Shown here one piece after another: positions 60,208 through 64,000 of a stretch of DNA of 64,000 nt. A model generated the notes under the pieces. It did no database searches. It had not been told where the DNA came from and saw nothing but the letters and a program-made list of their open reading frames with translations. Numbering within the stretch: the stretch's first letter is position 1; each line of letters begins with the position of its first letter. The DNA is from a virus (Duplodnaviria > Caudoviricetes), in the IMG/VR virus record IMGVR_UViG_3300037310_000131, positions 1 to 64,000 of that record; one strand, 5' to 3'. A program made the translations under genes and the position numbers.

Positions 60208-60684
60208 ATGGATACGGATGACAAACCAAATGAAAGCGCGCCAGCCAAGCGCGAGTCGAAGAAGGTCAAGCTCAGCAACCTTGTACACCGGGTCAAGGTC
60301 ACACTGGACGACGGCCGTTTCGTCATGGTGCCGGTCGGCAAGGCTGCCTACGACAGCACCCGCAGCGTTTTGGTGGCCAAGACCACGGACTTCTTGCAGG
60401 AGCAGTTGGACAAGATGAAGGACAAGACACTAACCCCTGCCGAGGTTCGCGACGTGGTTAAGGCAGTGGCAGACATGGATGCCTTGCTCAGAGAACAATG
60501 CGTCACCCAGCTCAACAACAATCAGCCGTCGAGCGACGCTCCGGGGGTGGCCGGGGCAATTGTCAAAGGAGCAACGCAGGGCGTGGCGACTGCATTCATG
60601 GAAAAGATGGAGCAGATGGACAGGGCCGCAAAGCAAATAAAGTCTGCGGAAAAGGTTGATGCAGACAATGTAACGGATGTCTAA
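60208..60684 (+). CDS. putative terminase small subunit
   Basis: 158 aa directly upstream of and overlapping terL; assigned by position. Confidence 0.5.
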   Translation: MDTDDKPNESAPAKRESKKVKLSNLVHRVKVTLDDGRFVMVPVGKAAYDSTRSVLVAKTTDFLQEQLDKMKDKTLTPAEVRDVVKAVADMDALLREQCVTQLNNNQPSSDAPGVAGAIVKGATQGVATAFMEKMEQMDRAAKQIKSAEKVDADNVTDV

Positions 60685-63607
60685 CATGCCCGGGACTGCG
60701 CTGTCCATCGCCCAGATCAAGCTGGTCCACGCGGAACTGGCCAAAGGGGACTTTGTGACCGGGGCCAACCTGCTGCTATACGGGCAAGGAAAGGCCCCTA
60801 ACATCGACGCATATGACGCGGCGCTACCTGTGGTCAGAAAGTTCTTCAACGCATGCGTAGACGCAAAGGATTACGTCTCTGCCGCCGCCCTGTGCTTCGG
60901 CCCACCGCTATTCCACCCCGAGCTTGAGAGCGTGCGGATGGTCATGGGTGCCGCCGCCGAGCACGACATGCTCCTGTCCATGGGTGCCTCGTCCATGGGA
61001 AAGACGTACAACTTGGTCATCTTCTGCTACTTGGACTGGTTGCGCGACCCAGAGTGGACCAGTGTAAAGCTCATGTCGCAGTCAGACAAGCACTTGACCG
61101 ACAACGTGTGGCCGCACTTGGTACAGATGCACGAGGCGTGCGTCTTGCGCCCGGAGGGGAAGATCAGGCTTATTGAGTCCGACCTGTGGATGGGTATCGA
61201 CCAGAAAGCGGCCCGCTCGTACGGGTTCACTGGCATGGCGTTCAAGCAGAGCCAGTTGTCCTCGGGTGCGTGGAAGGGGTTCAAGACGCAGCCCAAGCGG
61301 CCGGTGACAGACCCAAACTACGCCGTGTTCGGGCCAATGACAAGGCTGCGGGTGCTCATGGACGAGGCCCAGCAGATTCCTGAGGGCGTGTGGCAGGACC
61401 TGAACTCCATCAAGGCGTCCATTGGTTCCGGTCGTGTGAAGATATTCGCAGCTTTCAATCCCGAGGATGTTTCGCAGCCGGTCGTGAAGCGCGCCGAGCC
61501 GGTGGGCGGATGGCACAGCGACCAGCAGGAAACGCTGTACTCCTATGAGTCGGCGCATGGCTGGTGGGTCATCCGTCTGGACGGCGCGCGGTGTGAGAAC
61601 GTAGTGCAGAGAAAGGAGCTTTACCCGGGCGTTATGCGGTACGAGGCGTATCTTGACACGCTGAAGGGTGGCGGAGACACGTCGCCAAAATATTGGTGTG
61701 CAGACGAGCTGACTGAGGTTCTCTCTGGCAGGGGATGGCTTAAATACAACGAGGTCGTCACGGGCGACAGAATCTACACCATCAACATGGAGACCGGCCT
61801 TGCGGAATGGTGCGCTGTTGATGAGGTTTTTGTAAAGCACTTCGATGGATGTCTGGTGTCGCTTGAGGGGCGCGGGTTTTCGGCCCTTGTTACGGCTAAC
61901 CACAGGTGGCCCGTTACGCACAAGCAGCGCGCAGAAAGCGGAAAGACAAACTTCACTTTCAAAGAGACTGATGCACTACTGAAAAATGACTTGATTCCGC
62001 TGCGCGCCCCGCCATCTGATGTGTCGTGCTCCTTGTACTCAAGCGACTTTGCTGAGCTGATCGGGTGGGTGGTGAGCGACGGATCGATTGGGCGACACAA
62101 CCACGTTGTCGTTTACCAATCCGTGGACGCCAATCCTGAGAAATGTGCCCGCATTGAGGCGCTTCTTGAGCGCCTTGGCGCGAGCGTGAATATATTTACA
62201 AACAAGCACGGCGTCGTGCGTTACAAGTTCTCTGGCCCGCTAGGTAAGCGCGTGCATGCGGTGCTTGGAAGGCGCAAAAAACTCACAATGGATTTCATTG
62301 AGGCGCTCGACCATAGCGGAAGGCTTTCCCTCATGGAGTCCATGCTCCTTGGGAACGGGGGCATGCAGGGCGGTGGGACGCGCTGCTATTCGCAGAAGGA
62401 TGAGCACGATGCGGGTATCTTCTCGGCGCTTGCATGCCGATGCGGGTACTCAACGACAACGCACAGAAGATGGGTCAGGCCAGATTCCCGCAATCCCAAC
62501 GGTCACTACATGCACTATGTGAACGTCGGGAGGTCGATGACGACTAGGCTTGGCAACATCAAGAAGTCGTCGGCTTCATATTCTGGAAACGTTTGGTGTC
62601 CAAGAACGAGAAATGGAACGTTCCTCGCTAGAAGAAACGGAACGACATACTTCACTGGAAACACCTTTGCGCGTGGCTTCCCGCCCCTACAGAACTCGGC
62701 CTTTACGGTCATCCCGCCCGACTGGGCGAGCAAGCAGCGCGGCGAGGCGCTGTACGTTGGCGACGTGGAGAACGTGGCCTCCGTGGACTTGGCGTATCAG
62801 GGGCAGGACAAGGCACTGATTGCGGTGGGCAGGTGGGGGCTGGCGTACGGCTGGCGTGACAACAAGGGCGCGGTGACGCAGTTCGTCAATCGCCTAAACC
62901 CAAGCCAAAAGCTTCCGCGCCACGTTCTGACCATAGACCAGCTCTTCGCCATCCCGAAGAACTTGGATGCCGTTGGCGTGACGCAGCAAATTATGGGCCA
63001 GTGCAAAATGATGCACATCCCGCCGAACTGGGTAGCGATGGACATGACGGGCAATGGAGTGGCCACCTACTCGTATGCCTACAACTTCTGGGGAAAGATT
63101 CTGGGCATCAACTGGGCCGAGAAGGCGTCCGACATGAAGGTACTGACCGACGATCTCAAGCCGGCCATCGACCGTTTTGACGGCGTGCCATCCGAGATGT
63201 GGTTCGCCTTCAAGCACTGGCTTGACCCGAATGTGTGTGCCGTGCTGCTCAACCCGACCATCCAGAGTCAGGACCTGTACACACAGATGACCACGCGCCG
63301 GTATCACTCCATGCGAAACGGCCGCCTGCACATCGAGTCCAAGGACGAGTACAAGGCCCGCAACGGAGGCAAGTCCCCAGACGAGATGGATGTCATCGTC
63401 ATGCTGCTGCACCTCGTGCGCATGCGCGGGGGTGTCATTCCCGGCATGGTTGAGCAGAAGAACAACAACGCCACGACATCCTCGGGCGAGCGGCCGGTTA
63501 CCCCGGTGGCCCAGACCATCGACAACGATACGCCGCTCGACATGGACAACTCCCCCCTGGACCTCGGTGAGGAAGCGAGGGGGGAGCTGGACATGGGCGA
63601 CGACTAG
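60677..63607 (+). CDS. terL: terminase large subunit with intein
   Basis: GASSMGKT Walker A, VLMDEAQ Walker B, nuclease acids SVDLAYQGQDK, MDMTGNG, SPDEMD. Confidence 0.9.
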   Translation: MSNMPGTALSIAQIKLVHAELAKGDFVTGANLLLYGQGKAPNIDAYDAALPVVRKFFNACVDAKDYVSAAALCFGPPLFHPELESVRMVMGAAAEHDMLLSMGASSMGKTYNLVIFCYLDWLRDPEWTSVKLMSQSDKHLTDNVWPHLVQMHEACVLRPEGKIRLIESDLWMGIDQKAARSYGFTGMAFKQSQLSSGAWKGFKTQPKRPVTDPNYAVFGPMTRLRVLMDEAQQIPEGVWQDLNSIKASIGSGRVKIFAAFNPEDVSQPVVKRAEPVGGWHSDQQETLYSYESAHGWWVIRLDGARCENVVQRKELYPGVMRYEAYLDTLKGGGDTSPKYWCADELTEVLSGRGWLKYNEVVTGDRIYTINMETGLAEWCAVDEVFVKHFDGCLVSLEGRGFSALVTANHRWPVTHKQRAESGKTNFTFKETDALLKNDLIPLRAPPSDVSCSLYSSDFAELIGWVVSDGSIGRHNHVVVYQSVDANPEKCARIEALLERLGASVNIFTNKHGVVRYKFSGPLGKRVHAVLGRRKKLTMDFIEALDHSGRLSLMESMLLGNGGMQGGGTRCYSQKDEHDAGIFSALACRCGYSTTTHRRWVRPDSRNPNGHYMHYVNVGRSMTTRLGNIKKSSASYSGNVWCPRTRNGTFLARRNGTTYFTGNTFARGFPPLQNSAFTVIPPDWASKQRGEALYVGDVENVASVDLAYQGQDKALIAVGRWGLAYGWRDNKGAVTQFVNRLNPSQKLPRHVLTIDQLFAIPKNLDAVGVTQQIMGQCKMMHIPPNWVAMDMTGNGVATYSYAYNFWGKILGINWAEKASDMKVLTDDLKPAIDRFDGVPSEMWFAFKHWLDPNVCAVLLNPTIQSQDLYTQMTTRRYHSMRNGRLHIESKDEYKARNGGKSPDEMDVIVMLLHLVRMRGGVIPGMVEQKNNNATTSSGERPVTPVAQTIDNDTPLDMDNSPLDLGEEARGELDMGDD
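61697..62662 (+). mobile_element. 322-aa intein with LAGLIDADG-type endonuclease
   Basis: KYW|CADELTEVL...VWCPRTRNGTFLARRNGTTYFTGN|T; LIGWVVSDG and LMESMLLGNG blocks. Confidence 0.92.
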
Positions 63608-63786
63608 CGCATGTAGCGGGTCACGCGCGTGGCGAGACTGCCATCCGCCAGTCGGTAGGTCTCTAGGAACAGGTCATTGCTGCACGTTCGGCACAGCAGC
63701 GACCGGCTCACTAGCTGGGGCTCCAGCTGCTTGCCGTATTTCACTCCAAGCACCCTGCGCGCCCAGAGGATGGGCTTGATTATCAC
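63604..63786 (-). CDS. small Zn-ribbon protein
   Basis: CRTCSNDLF, 60 aa. Confidence 0.5.
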   Translation of the reverse strand: MIIKPILWARRVLGVKYGKQLEPQLVSRSLLCRTCSNDLFLETYRLADGSLATRVTRYMR

Positions 63787-64000
63787 TTAGTACACGCTCC
63801 CGTCTGGGTTCACTTTCTCCAGCCGTACCGAGGCCGTGTTCGGGGTGATGGTGACCCTCTCCATCACCATGATGCAGTCTGGCGGAGCGTTCCGCCGTCG
63901 GGATTTCGACGGATACTCCTCCCATCCCACATGCTTGTATCCTTGGGCCATCAGGCTGTCCCGAGATGTTATCTGGGCCGCCGTTGGTTGGTGTGTTCGC
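63787..64000 (-). CDS. 3' end of a hypothetical gene (partial)
   Basis: open frame ...VTITPNTASVRLEKVNPDGSVY* running off the window. Confidence 0.4.
   Translation of the reverse strand, partial: RTHQPTAAQITSRDSLMAQGYKHVGWEEYPSKSRRRNAPPDCIMVMERVTITPNTASVRLEKVNPDGSVY

Overview
This window is a ~60% GC segment of a tailed-phage genome with a podovirus-like gene set; no integrase or host genes are visible. Order: (1) 1-9.1 kb, mostly minus-strand small accessory genes (repeat proteins, DUF5664-type nucleotide pyrophosphohydrolase, FkbM methyltransferase, metallophosphoesterase); (2) RNase H followed by a 4.6-kb RNA island (10.2-14.9 kb) with 38 tRNAs covering all 20 amino acids and several non-tRNA structured RNAs; (3) HNH nuclease, replication protein, DnaB helicase; (4) virion module (portal, scaffold, major capsid, two collagen-like fibres, tail tubular proteins, C1q-tipped fibre, ejection proteins including a 2271-aa polyvalent protein) with a glycosyltransferase inside it; (5) SSB/exonuclease genes, a sugar-synthesis and glycosyltransferase cluster, and terminase genes, the large subunit carrying an intein. 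The strongest observations were read by eye in the RNA island. One is a ~220-nt RNase P RNA-like ribozyme with the catalytic core (P1-P7, P15-P17) but almost no specificity domain and no P18. Another is a 68-nt RNA resembling only the tRNA-like domain of tmRNA. About 23 of the 38 tRNAs lack the canonical TTC T-loop. Together these suggest a phage-encoded tRNA maturation and translation-control system. All family assignments come from motif recognition without database searches.
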